Below are positions 26,504-37,477 of a stretch of 64,000 bases of DNA, in pieces (the first letter of the stretch is position 1; every line of letters begins with the position of its first letter). The position numbers and the translations under genes are program-made. The stretch is from positions 5,535 to 69,534 of the forward strand of contig JAAYLH010000078.1 in NCBI GenBank assembly GCA_012521995.1, read 5' to 3'. The notes beneath the pieces are model-generated. The model was not told where the DNA came from. It did not search any database and saw nothing but the letters and a program-made list of their open reading frames with translations. Source of the DNA: Bacteroidales bacterium. Lineage in GTDB: Bacteria > Bacteroidota > Bacteroidia > Bacteroidales > UBA7960.

Positions 26504-29500
26504 ATGCATAAAATCAGCAAACATCCGATTATCCCCATAGAGGATACAGAAAAGATCAGTTTTTTATATAACGGAAAACAAGTTACCGGCGAGAAGGGTT
26601 TCACCATTGCAGCGGCTCTTCACCAGGCGGGTTTTCCCGTACACAGCCACAGCCTTACCAACCGCAACCGCAGTCTGGAGTGTGGCATTGGCAAATGTGG
26701 TGCCTGCGAGATGCTTGTGGACGGAGAGATCCGCCGTATTTGCATCACCCCCGTCGACGGGGTCAAAGAAGTGAATGAGATTCCCCGCGATTATGTGGCC
26801 AGGCCTTCTGTTTTTGTCAAGGAAGAAGGGATACGCATTTATAAGACCGATGTGGTGATTGTCGGGGCAGGACCTGCAGGACTGGCTGCCCGCGAAATTC
26901 TTCTGGAGAACGGGGTCAGCAATATTGTGATCGACAGCAATGAAAAGATCGGTGGGCAGTTTAACATGCAGACGCACCAGTTTTTCTTTTTCGAGAAGAT
27001 AAAGAAATATGGCGGCCTGCGTGGGTTTGAAATTGCGAAGACCCTGGCGGGTGAAAACCATGAGGGCATTCTGCTGAACTGCACCGTTTGGGATATTTTC
27101 GAGGGCAAGCGCGTGGCCGTGAAGAATTTCAGGACCCGGGAGATCTTTTATGTGGATTGCCAGCACCTGGTGGTGGCCACAGGGGCCGTGCCTTTCCTGC
27201 CCACCTTTTATAATGACGACCTGCCGGGAGTATATACCGCTGCGGTGATTCAGAAAATGATGAACACCGAGTTGACCCTCTTGGGTAAGAATATCCTGAC
27301 CGTGGGGGCGGGGAATATCGGCTACCTCACTTCTTACCAGCTTACCCAGGCAGGGGCTAAGGTACAAGCCATCATTGAGGCCCAGCCGCACGAAGGGGGG
27401 TTCCCGGTGCAGGCCAACAGGGTCAGGAGGCTGGGCATTCCCATCCTGCTGTCGCATATGATTCTTGAAGCCATCCCCAATGAGCAGGGCGACGGGATAA
27501 AAGGAGCCGTGATAGCCAAAGCCGAAAACTTTAACCCCATGCCCGGAACCGAAATGATCCTGGATGGCATTGATGCCATCAATATTTGCACGGGCCTGAT
27601 GCCTGATAACGCCTTGCTTGAGAAGGGGCAGGAGATGTTTGGCCGCAGGTGTTACGGGGCAGGGGATGCCATCCGTATTGGCGAGGGGACCAGCGCAGTG
27701 CTCAGGGGCAAGCAGGTTGCCTATGAGATCCTTGAATCGATGGGACGCCGTTTCAACTATGATGAATTTCTGCAGGTATCCAAGGAATACATTGATTCGC
27801 AGCAACATCCCATTCGGGTGATTGAGAAACCCATGATGCCCGAGGAGGCGCGCATGGATAAACCCTTTGTGCAGATTGACTGCCTTTATGGCTTTGCGTG
27901 CAACCCTTGCGCCTTTGCCTGTAAATACGGGGCCATCACTAAGTCTTCGACAAGCACCGTACCCCAAATCGACTTCGACAAATGCATCGGATGCATGGAT
28001 TGTGTGTATCAGTGCCCCGGGCTGGCTATTTTTGGTTTCAATCCCGGCAAGAACACCTTCTTCCTGCCCATTGAATTTGACATGAAGGAAGGGGAGGACG
28101 TCTTCCTGGTGGACAACAATGCCCATATCCTGGGTGAGGGGCATATCGACAAGATCCTGCGCAAGAAGAACCTTACGCATGTTGCAAGGGTAAAGGCACA
28201 GGATATGCCCAGGGAAGAGCAGCTCAAGGTGCGCGGCTTTATCATCAAGCGCGATTACCCTGCGAAGCTGGAATTCAAGCCTTATGAAGATGATACGCCT
28301 ACCGATATTTTCATGTGCCACTGCGATGATGTCCCTCTGAATGAGGTGCTGGAAGTGATCGGTGACCGCAAGTTTGTTTCCATAGAGGAAGTAAAGCACA
28401 CCACCCACCTGGGTATGGGTCCGTGCCGTGGCAAGCGATGCTTGCAGCGCCTGAAGCAGAACCTGAGGCCGCTGGGGGTGGAGCTGATTGGCGGGTCTAC
28501 GCCCAGGGCACCCATGTCAAACCAGATCTCCGTAGGGGAGTTGTTCCCTGCTGATGCTGCGCCCAGGATCATTACCAGCAACAAGGGGAAGGGCCGGCGC
28601 ATCGTTGAGGTCAAATCGCTGGTGGCAGGCGGTGGTATAGGCGGCAGCGCCCTGTTCCGCTTCCTGGCAGAAGAAGGTTTTAAGCCTGTCCTCGTCAATT
28701 CAGGTTTCGGGTCATCATGGCGCAATATTGCAGGGGGGCGGCCTGCATTCTCAATACCTGAGCTCTCTGACATTGCCCGCCATAACCAGGAGCTCTTTGC
28801 TGAGCTGCAGAAGTTCGGAAACATTGACTTCAGGCAGATCAACTACGTGACCTTCGCCCACGACGAAGCCATGTACATGGCCTTGGAGGAATCCATGGCC
28901 TGGCAAAAGGCGGTCATGCTTCAGCCCGGTCAGTTCCGGGATGAGATTTCGCCTTTCTTCAATGACAGGAACAAAAAATATATTGCTGCCATGAAGACCA
29001 GCGAATGCTGGCAGGCAACCCCCGGCAAGGTCATTGATTTGCTGCGCAAGATTGGGGTGAGCCATGGCGGAACCCTGATGGAAGACTGCAAGCTGATCCA
29101 TGTTGAAAAGCAAGGCGACAGGTTCCAGGTCATTGTGCGTGATCATAAGGGCGAGTATGTTGAATACCACACCCCGGTATTTGTCAATGCCCTGGGCAGT
29201 GAGGGGAACCACTTCGCTCGTATGCTGGATATAGAAACGGGACTCTACCCCGTGAAACACCAGGCCTTTATAACCCGCCGGCTGCCAATGCTCGGGGTAG
29301 GAGGAAGGCCGCTTGACATGCTGATCGATCGCCGTAACTACAAGGGTTTTGTGGCCGTTTATGGACAACAGCTTGGCGAAACAGGGCAGATCATCGGCTG
29401 TGCCTCGCCCGCCGTGGAGCCGCTGGAAACCGACAAGAATCTTAAAGTCAACAGCAAGGACTTTGCTGAAATTGTCTCGGAAATCTTCATCGACTGGATC

Positions 29501-29734
29501 CCTGAAATTTCATCGGTAGGCTTCCAGGCCCTCTGGGCAGGATATTACATTGAGCCCCGAATGATTATTGACGTGGAGAAGGGCCTGTTCCTTGGCTTGC
29601 GCGGCCAGGGGTTTATGCTTGGCCAATACCTTGCCAGGCTTTTTGTGAATGAGCTTACGGGTAAAGAGGTTCCTGCGTACTTCAACCGCCTGAAACTGGA
29701 TGGAGATGCACTCCTGGAAAATGCCTTCAAATAA
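26504..29734 (+). CDS. Single-chain fusion: [2Fe-2S] domain + FAD/NAD(P) pyridine-nucleotide-disulfide oxidoreductase + 2x[4Fe-4S] ferredoxin + BFD-like [2Fe-2S] + DAO-type FAD amino-acid/amine dehydrogenase (HcnA/HcnB/HcnC-like)
   Basis: ECGIGKCGACEM (Fer2_4-like); VVIVGAGPAGLAA (Rossmann); CNPCAFACKYG and CIGCMDCVYQCPG (4Fe-4S); CHCDDV...GMGPCRGKRC (BFD-like); VAGGGIGGSALFRFLAEEG plus a long DAO-like C-terminus. The 614-aa antisense ORF is a shadow. Confidence 0.8.
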   Translation: MHKISKHPIIPIEDTEKISFLYNGKQVTGEKGFTIAAALHQAGFPVHSHSLTNRNRSLECGIGKCGACEMLVDGEIRRICITPVDGVKEVNEIPRDYVARPSVFVKEEGIRIYKTDVVIVGAGPAGLAAREILLENGVSNIVIDSNEKIGGQFNMQTHQFFFFEKIKKYGGLRGFEIAKTLAGENHEGILLNCTVWDIFEGKRVAVKNFRTREIFYVDCQHLVVATGAVPFLPTFYNDDLPGVYTAAVIQKMMNTELTLLGKNILTVGAGNIGYLTSYQLTQAGAKVQAIIEAQPHEGGFPVQANRVRRLGIPILLSHMILEAIPNEQGDGIKGAVIAKAENFNPMPGTEMILDGIDAINICTGLMPDNALLEKGQEMFGRRCYGAGDAIRIGEGTSAVLRGKQVAYEILESMGRRFNYDEFLQVSKEYIDSQQHPIRVIEKPMMPEEARMDKPFVQIDCLYGFACNPCAFACKYGAITKSSTSTVPQIDFDKCIGCMDCVYQCPGLAIFGFNPGKNTFFLPIEFDMKEGEDVFLVDNNAHILGEGHIDKILRKKNLTHVARVKAQDMPREEQLKVRGFIIKRDYPAKLEFKPYEDDTPTDIFMCHCDDVPLNEVLEVIGDRKFVSIEEVKHTTHLGMGPCRGKRCLQRLKQNLRPLGVELIGGSTPRAPMSNQISVGELFPADAAPRIITSNKGKGRRIVEVKSLVAGGGIGGSALFRFLAEEGFKPVLVNSGFGSSWRNIAGGRPAFSIPELSDIARHNQELFAELQKFGNIDFRQINYVTFAHDEAMYMALEESMAWQKAVMLQPGQFRDEISPFFNDRNKKYIAAMKTSECWQATPGKVIDLLRKIGVSHGGTLMEDCKLIHVEKQGDRFQVIVRDHKGEYVEYHTPVFVNALGSEGNHFARMLDIETGLYPVKHQAFITRRLPMLGVGGRPLDMLIDRRNYKGFVAVYGQQLGETGQIIGCASPAVEPLETDKNLKVNSKDFAEIVSEIFIDWIPEISSVGFQALWAGYYIEPRMIIDVEKGLFLGLRGQGFMLGQYLARLFVNELTGKEVPAYFNRLKLDGDALLENAFK

Positions 29735-29844
29735 GGCCGCCAGGAATCCCTAAGCCCCTGGCTTCCTGATGTATTCATGCCTCGTCAAGGTGTTTCTGAA
29801 TAACTTGGGGAAATTGTTTTTTATTTCAAGGATTAGTTTTATCT

Positions 29845-30411
29845 TTGCAACCTTTTAGAAAAGAAAGCACTTTGAATCCGCTGAAACAGTATAATATTGG
29901 TTTCGTTGGCCTTTCGCTGGGGAAACACGAGTTCTCGTTCAGGATAGACGAAAGCTTTTTTTCCTGTTTTGATTATTCGGAGGTCCGCAAGGGAAACCTT
30001 AGCCTGGAGCTGCTGCTGGAGAAGCAGAACAACATGCTGGTTTTCGACTTTCTGATCAAGGGAAATGTTGAACTGATATGCGACCATTGCCTGGAGCCTT
30101 ATCAGCAGGACATTGAGGATGAGCGGAGGCTGTATGTGAAATTTGGTGATGCTTTTTCGGAACAAACCGATGAGATTGTCGTTATCCCTGTAGGGGAGAG
30201 TCACTTCGATGTTTCGCAGTTTGTGTATGAGTATATAACCCTGGCGCTGCCCATGCAGCGCATTCATTCGGAGGATGGAATAGTCGGTAAGGGCTGCGAT
30301 CCTGCGATAACAGATAAATTGAATCAGTACCTTGGGGGCAAAAAGCCCGCAAGCGGGGAAAGGGAAAATTCTCCCTGGGATGCACTCAAGGGCTTGAAAT
30401 TTAATGATTAA
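29845..30411 (+). CDS. DUF177 (YceD-like) protein
   Basis: Sits immediately upstream of rpmF-plsX-fabH (conserved synteny). CDHCLEPY motif and acidic C-terminus. Non-ATG start, so the exact start is uncertain. Confidence 0.8.
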   Translation: MQPFRKESTLNPLKQYNIGFVGLSLGKHEFSFRIDESFFSCFDYSEVRKGNLSLELLLEKQNNMLVFDFLIKGNVELICDHCLEPYQQDIEDERRLYVKFGDAFSEQTDEIVVIPVGESHFDVSQFVYEYITLALPMQRIHSEDGIVGKGCDPAITDKLNQYLGGKKPASGERENSPWDALKGLKFND

Positions 30412-30440
30412 GAAAACCCAATTATAATTGTAACATTGCT

Positions 30441-30626
30441 ATGGCACATCCAAAGAGTAAAATTTCAAAAACCCGCCGGGATAAGCGCAGGACGCATTAC
30501 AAGGCGACAGAACCTGCCTTGACGACTTGCCCTAACTGTGGTGCCGCCAGGTTGATGCACCGTGTTTGCCCCGAATGTGGTCACTATCGCGGCCAGCTTG
30601 CGATTGAGAAATCAGCGAAAGCTTAA
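30441..30626 (+). CDS. rpmF: 50S ribosomal protein L32
   Basis: MAHPKSKISKTRRDKRRTH...CPNCG...HRVCPECGHY. Confidence 0.97.
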   Translation: MAHPKSKISKTRRDKRRTHYKATEPALTTCPNCGAARLMHRVCPECGHYRGQLAIEKSAKA

Positions 30627-30668
30627 TGAATCGCCGGTTTGCCCGGCTTATTCACCAAAAGAACTTCG

Positions 30669-31649
30669 ATGAGGATTGGATTAGACGTCATGGGAGGTGA
30701 TTTTGCCCCCCAAGCAACCATTGAAGGAGCTGTCCTGGCTCAGAAGGAAATCCCTGCCGAGGACAGAATTGTTCTGTTTGGTGATGAAAATTTAATAAAG
30801 GAACATCTGGGCTTGTTAGGAGCTGATGTCAAAGCTTTCGATATTGTACATTCAGCAGAAGTGATCGCGATGGGGGAACAGCCCACCCGCGCTTTTGCCC
30901 AGAAACCTGATTCAAGCATTTCCAAGGGCTTTCGCTGGCTGAAGAAAAACCGTATCGATTCCTTTGCCAGCGCAGGAAACACAGGGGCCATGCTGGTGGG
31001 CTCCATTTACAGCGTGAATGCCCTGCAAGGCGTGATCCGCCCCGCCACCACTTCCATCATCCCCAAAGAGAACGGAAAGCTCGGCGTCCTTATTGACGTG
31101 GGCACCAACCCCGACAGCAAGCCTGATGTGATTTATCAGTTTGGTTTGCTCGGCTCGCTTTATGCCCAGCACGTTTATGGCATAAACAACCCCAAGGTGG
31201 GCCTTCTGAACATTGGTCACGAGGAAGACAAGGGCAGCCTGATGACCCAATCGGCCTTCCGCCTGATGAAAGACTCGACCGATTTCAACTTCATCGGCAA
31301 TGTGGAAAGCCGTGACCTCTTTAAGGATAAGGTCGATGTAGTGGTCTGTGACGGGTTTACAGGGAATATTCTCCTGAAGAATATGGAAGCCATGTTTCGC
31401 CAGATTGTTAAGCGGGGTTATGGTGATGATCCTTTTTTTGCCCGTTTTAACTATGAAAATTATGGGGGCACCCCCATCCTGGGCATCAATGCTACCGTGG
31501 TCATCGGGCATGGTATCTCCAATGGCAAGGCCATTAAAAACATGCTGATTCATTCAAGGGAAGTTTTTTATGCTGGCCTGGCTGATAAAATCCGCCTTGC
31601 TATTGATCAATACACCCAGGGAAAGATTTTTAATGCCGGTATAGAATAG
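30669..31649 (+). CDS. plsX: Phosphate acyltransferase PlsX
   Basis: [15 protein letters not shown]-terminus, SAGNTGA and DGFTGN motifs. ATG 30669 preferred. Confidence 0.95.
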   Translation: MRIGLDVMGGDFAPQATIEGAVLAQKEIPAEDRIVLFGDENLIKEHLGLLGADVKAFDIVHSAEVIAMGEQPTRAFAQKPDSSISKGFRWLKKNRIDSFASAGNTGAMLVGSIYSVNALQGVIRPATTSIIPKENGKLGVLIDVGTNPDSKPDVIYQFGLLGSLYAQHVYGINNPKVGLLNIGHEEDKGSLMTQSAFRLMKDSTDFNFIGNVESRDLFKDKVDVVVCDGFTGNILLKNMEAMFRQIVKRGYGDDPFFARFNYENYGGTPILGINATVVIGHGISNGKAIKNMLIHSREVFYAGLADKIRLAIDQYTQGKIFNAGIE

Positions 31650-31666
31650 GATTTCGTTACCTCCAT

Positions 31667-32665
31667 ATGACAAAAATCAATTCTGTTATTACTGCAGTTC
31701 ATGGTTATGTGCCTGATTACGTACTGACCAATCAGGAACTGGAAGCCATGGTGGATACCACAGATGAATGGATCACCACCCGCACAGGGATTAAGGAGCG
31801 CCGGATCCTGAAGGGGGAAGGCCGTGGCACCTCCGAAATGGGCGCTGAAGCCGTAAAGGGGTTGCTGAAAAAACGCGGCATGGAGCCCTCTGAGGTCGAT
31901 ATGCTGATTTGCTGCACGGTAACCCCCGATATGAAGTTCCCTGCCACTGCCAACATCATCAGCGATCAGGTAGGAATCCTGAATGCTTTCAGCTTCGATC
32001 TGAATGCAGCCTGTTCGGGCTTTATCTATGGCCTGATTACAGGCTCGATGTATGTCCGCTCGGGTCTTTACAAAAAAGTAGTGGTGGTTGGCGCCGATAA
32101 AATGTCATCCATTGTCGATTATTCCGACAGACAAACCTGTGTAATTTTTGGCGACGGGGCAGGGGCCGTCTTGCTGGAGCCCTCAGAAGAAGACCTGGGT
32201 TTACGCGATCACGAGTTTCACACCGATGGCTCGGGCCGTATCCATCTGCACATGAAGGCGGGGGGGTCAGTGAAGCCACCCAGCTATGAGACCATAGATG
32301 CACGCGAGCATTTTGTATACCAGGAGGGCCAGCCCGTGTTTAAGTTTGCGGTCACCAATATGGCAGAGGTATCCGCCTCGGTAATCAGAAAAAACAACCT
32401 TAAGGGGGAAGATATCGCCTGGCTTGTGCCCCATCAGGCCAATATGCGCATTATTGAAGCCACAGCACGCCGCTCGGGTATCCCGATGGACCGCGTAATG
32501 GTCAACATTCAGAAATACGGCAACACCACCAATGCCACCATCCCCCTGTGCCTGTGGGAATGGGAGCACAAAATGAACAAAGGCGACAATATTATTTTAA
32601 CAGCTTTTGGCGGAGGCTTTACCTGGGGAGCCATCTGGCTGAAGTGGGCATACAACCCGAGTTAA
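31667..32665 (+). CDS. fabH: 3-oxoacyl-ACP synthase III
   Basis: Active-site [14 protein letters not shown] and GNTTNATIP motifs. Confidence 0.96.
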   Translation: MTKINSVITAVHGYVPDYVLTNQELEAMVDTTDEWITTRTGIKERRILKGEGRGTSEMGAEAVKGLLKKRGMEPSEVDMLICCTVTPDMKFPATANIISDQVGILNAFSFDLNAACSGFIYGLITGSMYVRSGLYKKVVVVGADKMSSIVDYSDRQTCVIFGDGAGAVLLEPSEEDLGLRDHEFHTDGSGRIHLHMKAGGSVKPPSYETIDAREHFVYQEGQPVFKFAVTNMAEVSASVIRKNNLKGEDIAWLVPHQANMRIIEATARRSGIPMDRVMVNIQKYGNTTNATIPLCLWEWEHKMNKGDNIILTAFGGGFTWGAIWLKWAYNPS

Positions 32666-32756
32666 TTTTCCAATTCTGTTCAAGCGCTTCTTTTGTTAAT
32701 CCCTCTTAAAAGAGACTCCTTTCGCTTTTTTCCCATTTTCTTCTTCATGAACGGGT

Positions 32757-33092
32757 TTAAGGATCTTTCCTAAGTTTTGGGTTCTGCTGATGCCTTTGCC
32801 CGTCGCGCAGGGTTTTTTTCTCCAGGTTTTTTTCTAGGGCCGTGGTGAGGTCAACCCCTGTTTGATTGGCAATGCATATCAGCACAAACAGCACATCGGC
32901 CAGTTCGTCTGCCAGTACCTTTTGGCGGTCACTCTCTTTGAAGGACTGGTCACCATAGCTGCGCGCCATGATCCGGGCCACTTCTCCGACTTCTTCAGTA
33001 AGCATGGCCATATTGGTCAGTTCACTGAAATAACGGACCCCTGTGGTGTTGATCCACTGGTCTACTTTTTCCTGCGCTTCTTTCAGGGTCAT
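32757..33092 (-). CDS. MazG-like nucleotide pyrophosphohydrolase
   Basis: EEVGEVARI...ELADVLFVLICIAN EExxE/D-type helices. 111 aa. Confidence 0.8.
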   Translation of the reverse strand: MTLKEAQEKVDQWINTTGVRYFSELTNMAMLTEEVGEVARIMARSYGDQSFKESDRQKVLADELADVLFVLICIANQTGVDLTTALEKNLEKKTLRDGQRHQQNPKLRKDP

Positions 33093-33111
33093 AGATTTTG
33101 CAGATTACTGT

Positions 33112-33564
33112 TTATTCCTTTGCTTTCGTGTCAATAATAATGGTTACGGGCCCGTCATTAATCAGGGACACCTGCATCATAGCCCCAAAGACGCCTGATT
33201 TTACAGTAAGGGCTGATTCTTTCTGCAACTGCCTGAGGAAAGCCTCATAAAGGGGGACCGCATGTTTGGGGCCCGAGGCACGATAATAGGAGGGGCGGTT
33301 GCCCTTCTTTGTACTTGCGTGCAGGGTGAACTGGCTCACCACCAGGATTTCCCCGCTAATGTCGGTGATGGGCAGGTTCATAACCCCCTCTGGGTCATCA
33401 AAGATGCGCAGCCGTGCAATTTTTCCTGCCAGCCAATCAATATCTTCCTGGCTGTCGCTGTCTTCAATGCCGAGCAGGATGAGCATCCCCCGACCTATGG
33501 CGGCATGCTCCCTTTGATCAATCGCTACACTTGCCTGTTCCACCCTTTGGATCACTACCCTCAT
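33112..33564 (-). CDS. dtd: D-aminoacyl-tRNA deacylase
   Basis: MRVVIQRV...GMLILLGI...VVSQFTLHA...GNRPSY. 150 aa. Confidence 0.95.
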   Translation of the reverse strand: MRVVIQRVEQASVAIDQREHAAIGRGMLILLGIEDSDSQEDIDWLAGKIARLRIFDDPEGVMNLPITDISGEILVVSQFTLHASTKKGNRPSYYRASGPKHAVPLYEAFLRQLQKESALTVKSGVFGAMMQVSLINDGPVTIIIDTKAKE

Positions 33565-33578
33565 GAAATATCTTGTTT

Positions 33579-34499
33579 TTAAGCCCTGGTATCCTCACCC
33601 AGGAGCATATTCAAATAATTCTGATAACGTAAGATGCTGATATTGCCATGCTCTACTTCTTCTTTTACCCTGCATCCGGGCTCGTTATGATGGGTGCAGT
33701 TGTCAAAGCGGCACTTGTTAAAAAGCTCGCGCATCTCGGGGAAGTAATGTGAGAGCTCCCAGGGCTCGAAGTCCACCAACCCGAACTCCTTGATGCCCGG
33801 GGTGTCGATGATGAAGCCCCCATTGCTAAGCTGGAACATCTCCGCAAAGGTGGTGGTATGCCTGCCTTTCAGATGGACCTGCGAAATGGTCTGCACCTTC
33901 AGGTTAAGCCCCGGTTCAATGGCATTGATCAGGGTTGATTTTCCCACCCCCGAATGCCCGCTCAACAGGGTGGTCTTTCCCTTAAGAATATCGCTGAAGG
34001 CCTCCAGGTTATCCTTCTCCGAGGCCGAGACCACCAGGCCGGGATACCCTGCCTGATTGTACATCTCCAGCAGTTGTTTCACGTAATCCAGGCTTACCGC
34101 ATCATAGAGGTCTGCCTTGTTGAAAACAATTACAGCAGGGATGCTGTATGCCTCGCAGGTCACCAGGAAACGGTCGATAAAGCCCGTTGAGGTTCTGGGC
34201 TCTGCCAGGGTGGCAATGATCAGGGCCTGGTCAAGATTGGCGGCAATGATATGGGTGCGGCGGCTCAGGTTGGTGGCCTTGCGGATGATGTAATTCTTGC
34301 GATCCTCAATGGAGGTGATGATGCCTGTGCCTTCCTGCGCATCCAGGGTGAATCCGACATGATCGCCCACGGCAAGCGGATTGGTCGATTGTATGCCCGA
34401 CATTTTGAACTTCCCGCGCAGACGGCACTCGTGGCGCTTGCCGGTTTCATCCATTATGGTGTACCAGCTTCCCGTTGATTTTGTTATGATTCCTTTCAA
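33579..34499 (-). CDS. rsgA: Ribosome small-subunit-dependent GTPase A
   Basis: Circularly permuted GTPase: NKADL...GHSGVGKSTLINA...DTPG. Zinc motif CRFDNCTHHNEPGC. Confidence 0.95.
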   Translation of the reverse strand: MKGIITKSTGSWYTIMDETGKRHECRLRGKFKMSGIQSTNPLAVGDHVGFTLDAQEGTGIITSIEDRKNYIIRKATNLSRRTHIIAANLDQALIIATLAEPRTSTGFIDRFLVTCEAYSIPAVIVFNKADLYDAVSLDYVKQLLEMYNQAGYPGLVVSASEKDNLEAFSDILKGKTTLLSGHSGVGKSTLINAIEPGLNLKVQTISQVHLKGRHTTTFAEMFQLSNGGFIIDTPGIKEFGLVDFEPWELSHYFPEMRELFNKCRFDNCTHHNEPGCRVKEEVEHGNISILRYQNYLNMLLGEDTRA

Positions 34500-34575
34500 G
34501 CCAGGTCTTATGTGAAATTAAATACGGCTGAATTTTTTATAAAATTAGTAATTTAGCGCAAACCCAACATCAGGT

Positions 34576-35493
34576 ATGTCTATTGAAGCAAAAGAAGTAA
34601 GCCGATTGTACGGAACCCAGAAAGCCCTGGACCAAGTATCCTTTTCCATCAGCCAAGGCGAAGTGGCCGCCCTGCTTGGCCCCAATGGCGCAGGGAAATC
34701 CACCATGATGAAGATCCTGACTTGTTACCTCCCGCAAACCCAGGGACAGGTGTCGGTGTGTGGGTTCGATGTGGTTATCCAGCCCCTGGAGGTCAGGCGC
34801 AGGGTAGGCTACCTGCCCGAGCACAACCCCCTTTACCTGGAGATGTACGTGAGGGAATACCTTGAGTTTGTGGCAGGCATCCATAAACTGGGCAGGGATA
34901 CCCGCAAGCGGGTCGCTGAGATGATCGGCATGACAGGCCTGAGCCTGGAAGCAGGAAAGAAAATCGGCGCCCTGTCGAAGGGCTACCGGCAACGGGTTGG
35001 ATTAGCGCAAGCCCTGATCCACAACCCGAGCGTCCTGATCCTCGATGAGCCCACCTCAGGGCTTGACCCCAACCAACTGGAAGAGATCCGTGGGCTGATT
35101 CGCAACATTGGCAGGGAAAAGACAGTTTTGCTTTCCACCCATATCATGCAGGAAGTGGAGGCCATGTGCGACCGCGTGATCATCATCAACCGCGGGCAGG
35201 TGGTGGCCGATGCACCCACCCACCAGGTCCAGCTCCTCAATCAGTCCTCCCGCATCATACGCGTAAACTTCGATAAGCCATTCCCAATACAATCCTTACG
35301 GAAAATGGACGGAGTGGTCGACGTGATCCCCGGCAGCGAAACCGCCTGCAGGATCTTTACCCAGGGCCAACGCGACCTGCGCCACGAGGTCTTTCATTTT
35401 GCCGTGAACAATGGCCTCGTCATCCTGGCCATGGATCACGAGGAACAGTCGCTCGAGCAGGTGTTCCGCCAACTTACAGCTTCAGCAACATAA
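34576..35493 (+). CDS. ABC transporter ATP-binding protein (GldA-like)
   Basis: Walker A GPNGAGKST, signature LSKGYRQR, Walker B LILDEPTSGLD. Overall resemblance to the gliding-motility ABC ATPase GldA. No permease gene is adjacent. Confidence 0.8.
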   Translation: MSIEAKEVSRLYGTQKALDQVSFSISQGEVAALLGPNGAGKSTMMKILTCYLPQTQGQVSVCGFDVVIQPLEVRRRVGYLPEHNPLYLEMYVREYLEFVAGIHKLGRDTRKRVAEMIGMTGLSLEAGKKIGALSKGYRQRVGLAQALIHNPSVLILDEPTSGLDPNQLEEIRGLIRNIGREKTVLLSTHIMQEVEAMCDRVIIINRGQVVADAPTHQVQLLNQSSRIIRVNFDKPFPIQSLRKMDGVVDVIPGSETACRIFTQGQRDLRHEVFHFAVNNGLVILAMDHEEQSLEQVFRQLTASAT

Positions 35494-35552
35494 TTTAATA
35501 ATTATCGTTAACTTTGCAGGTCATTTTTTCCAATAATCAAGAATTTTCAAAG

Positions 35553-36884
35553 ATGGGATATTTATTTACCTCTGAATCCGTTTCAGAAGGGCATCCGGAT
35601 AAAGTTGCCGATCAAATTTCTGATGCATTGCTTGATGAATTCCTTCGTCAGGACCCCAATTCAAAGGTGGCCTGCGAAACCATGGTGACCACCGGTTTGG
35701 TCGTCTGCGGGGGTGAAGTGAAAACCGATGCTTATGTTGATATTCAAAGTGTTGTCAGGGATGTCCTGAAAGAGATCGGATATACCGATTCAGCCCTGAA
35801 ATTTGAAGCCGAGTCCTGCGGGGTGATCTCAGCCCTCCATGAACAGTCGCCCGACATTCGCCAGGGCGTGGAAAGAAGGAATGAACAAGACCAGGGTGCC
35901 GGCGACCAGGGGATGATGTTTGGCTATGCCTCCCGTGAAACCGACGAATATATGCCCCTTTCCCTCGACCTTTCGCATATCCTGTTGCAGCAACTGGCGC
36001 GCATCCGCAAGGAGGGCAAGGTGATGACCTATCTGCGCCCCGACAGCAAGTCGCAGGTCACCATCGAATACGACGAAGGCCATCAGCCTGTGCGCATTGA
36101 AACCATCGTGATCTCCACCCAACACGACGAGTTTGAGCTTCCAGCCGATGATTCGGATGAAGCCAGGGAAGTGGCCGAGAAGAACATGCAGGATAAGATT
36201 ACCGAAGACATCCTTAAATACCTGATCCCTGCAGCCATTGAAGAGCTCCCCGAACGCATCAGGCCATTGTTTAAAAACGGATACCGGCTGCTGGTCAACC
36301 CCACGGGCAAGTTTGTTATTGGGGGCCCTCACGGCGATACCGGGCTTACAGGCCGCAAGATCATCGTCGACACCTATGGGGGCAAGGGTGCCCACGGCGG
36401 TGGCGCATTCTCGGGAAAAGATGCCAGCAAGGTCGACCGTTCGGCAGCCTATGCCGCACGTCATATTGCCCGCAACATGGTGGCAGCTGGCATTGCCGAC
36501 GAAGTCCTCGTACAGCTTGCCTATGCCATTGGCGTTGCTGATCCTGTAGGGGTTTACGTCAACACCTATGGCACGGCCCGCGTCAACATGTCCGATGGCC
36601 AAATTGCCCGCAAAATCCGCGAGCTATTCGACCTCAGACCCTTTGCCATCATCCACAGGTTTGGCCTGAAAAACCCAATCTTCAAAAGAACTACCACCTA
36701 TGGACACTTTGGCCGAAGCCATTATTCCGAAAAAGTCGAGGTGTTCTACGATGGCCCCGGAGTGGAAGAGGTTACCCTTAAAATGGACGGCAGAACCGTG
36801 AAGAAGAAATTCAAGGAAGTTGAATTCTTCGCCTGGGAAAAAGAAGACTATGTGGATATCCTGAAAAACGAATTTGGCCTCTAA
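35553..36884 (+). CDS. metK: S-adenosylmethionine synthase
   Basis: [30 protein letters not shown] and [16 protein letters not shown]. The extended C-terminus is as in other Bacteroidota MetK. ATG 35553. Confidence 0.96.
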   Translation: MGYLFTSESVSEGHPDKVADQISDALLDEFLRQDPNSKVACETMVTTGLVVCGGEVKTDAYVDIQSVVRDVLKEIGYTDSALKFEAESCGVISALHEQSPDIRQGVERRNEQDQGAGDQGMMFGYASRETDEYMPLSLDLSHILLQQLARIRKEGKVMTYLRPDSKSQVTIEYDEGHQPVRIETIVISTQHDEFELPADDSDEAREVAEKNMQDKITEDILKYLIPAAIEELPERIRPLFKNGYRLLVNPTGKFVIGGPHGDTGLTGRKIIVDTYGGKGAHGGGAFSGKDASKVDRSAAYAARHIARNMVAAGIADEVLVQLAYAIGVADPVGVYVNTYGTARVNMSDGQIARKIRELFDLRPFAIIHRFGLKNPIFKRTTTYGHFGRSHYSEKVEVFYDGPGVEEVTLKMDGRTVKKKFKEVEFFAWEKEDYVDILKNEFGL

Positions 36885-37477
36885 GCCAGGTATTCCTTCT
36901 CTTTTAGCCTTTTATATACTTTTTCGGGAAGCAGGAAACGGGGGTCCTTGCCCTTGCGGAATGCTTCTCTTATAAAGGTGGATGAGATCTCTATCAGCGG
37001 CGCATCTGCCATCCTTACCCTTTCATAAGTGCTGAACTTCGATCCCTGATAGCCTTTTCGGGGATATACATAGAGGTCGTTTTCAGCCAGGATCCTTTCG
37101 TAGGCCTTCCATTGGTCGAACACCTCCAGGTTATCACTGCCGATGATCAGCACAAAATCCCTTTCGGGGAATTCCTCCTTTAGTACTTCAAGGGTTTTGT
37201 AGGTATAGGAAGGCTTTGGCAGGCTCATTTCCCTGGCACACACGCTGAATCCCGGCTGCTCATCCAGGGCCAGGTGCAGCAGTTCAAGCCTTACCGCGTC
37301 GGGCAGCAATCCGCTTTGCTCCTTCAGGGGATTGTGGGGGGTGATCACAAACCAGATCTCTTCAAGATCGGTATACTGAAGCAGGTGGTGGGCAATGATC
37401 AGGTGCCCGATGTGAACCGGGTTAAACGAGCCTGAAAACAATCCCGTACGAATCTTCTGTCCCTGCCCTTTCATCAT
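36881..37477 (-). CDS. nadD: Nicotinate-nucleotide adenylyltransferase
   Basis: [15 protein letters not shown] (HxGH motif) and a C-terminal ISST motif. Confidence 0.9.
   Translation of the reverse strand: MMKGQGQKIRTGLFSGSFNPVHIGHLIIAHHLLQYTDLEEIWFVITPHNPLKEQSGLLPDAVRLELLHLALDEQPGFSVCAREMSLPKPSYTYKTLEVLKEEFPERDFVLIIGSDNLEVFDQWKAYERILAENDLYVYPRKGYQGSKFSTYERVRMADAPLIEISSTFIREAFRKGKDPRFLLPEKVYKRLKEKEYLA

Noticed and set aside
26564-28408. 614-aa minus-strand ORF antisense to the 1076-aa oxidoreductase gene
   Set aside because: The plus-strand frame carries five cofactor-binding motifs in the correct order. The minus-strand product has none and is compositionally skewed.
35494-35552. SAM riboswitch upstream of metK
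   Set aside because: Only 59 nt of AT-rich spacer separate metK from the preceding gene. That is too short and unstructured for a SAM-I, SAM-II or SAM-SAH aptamer.
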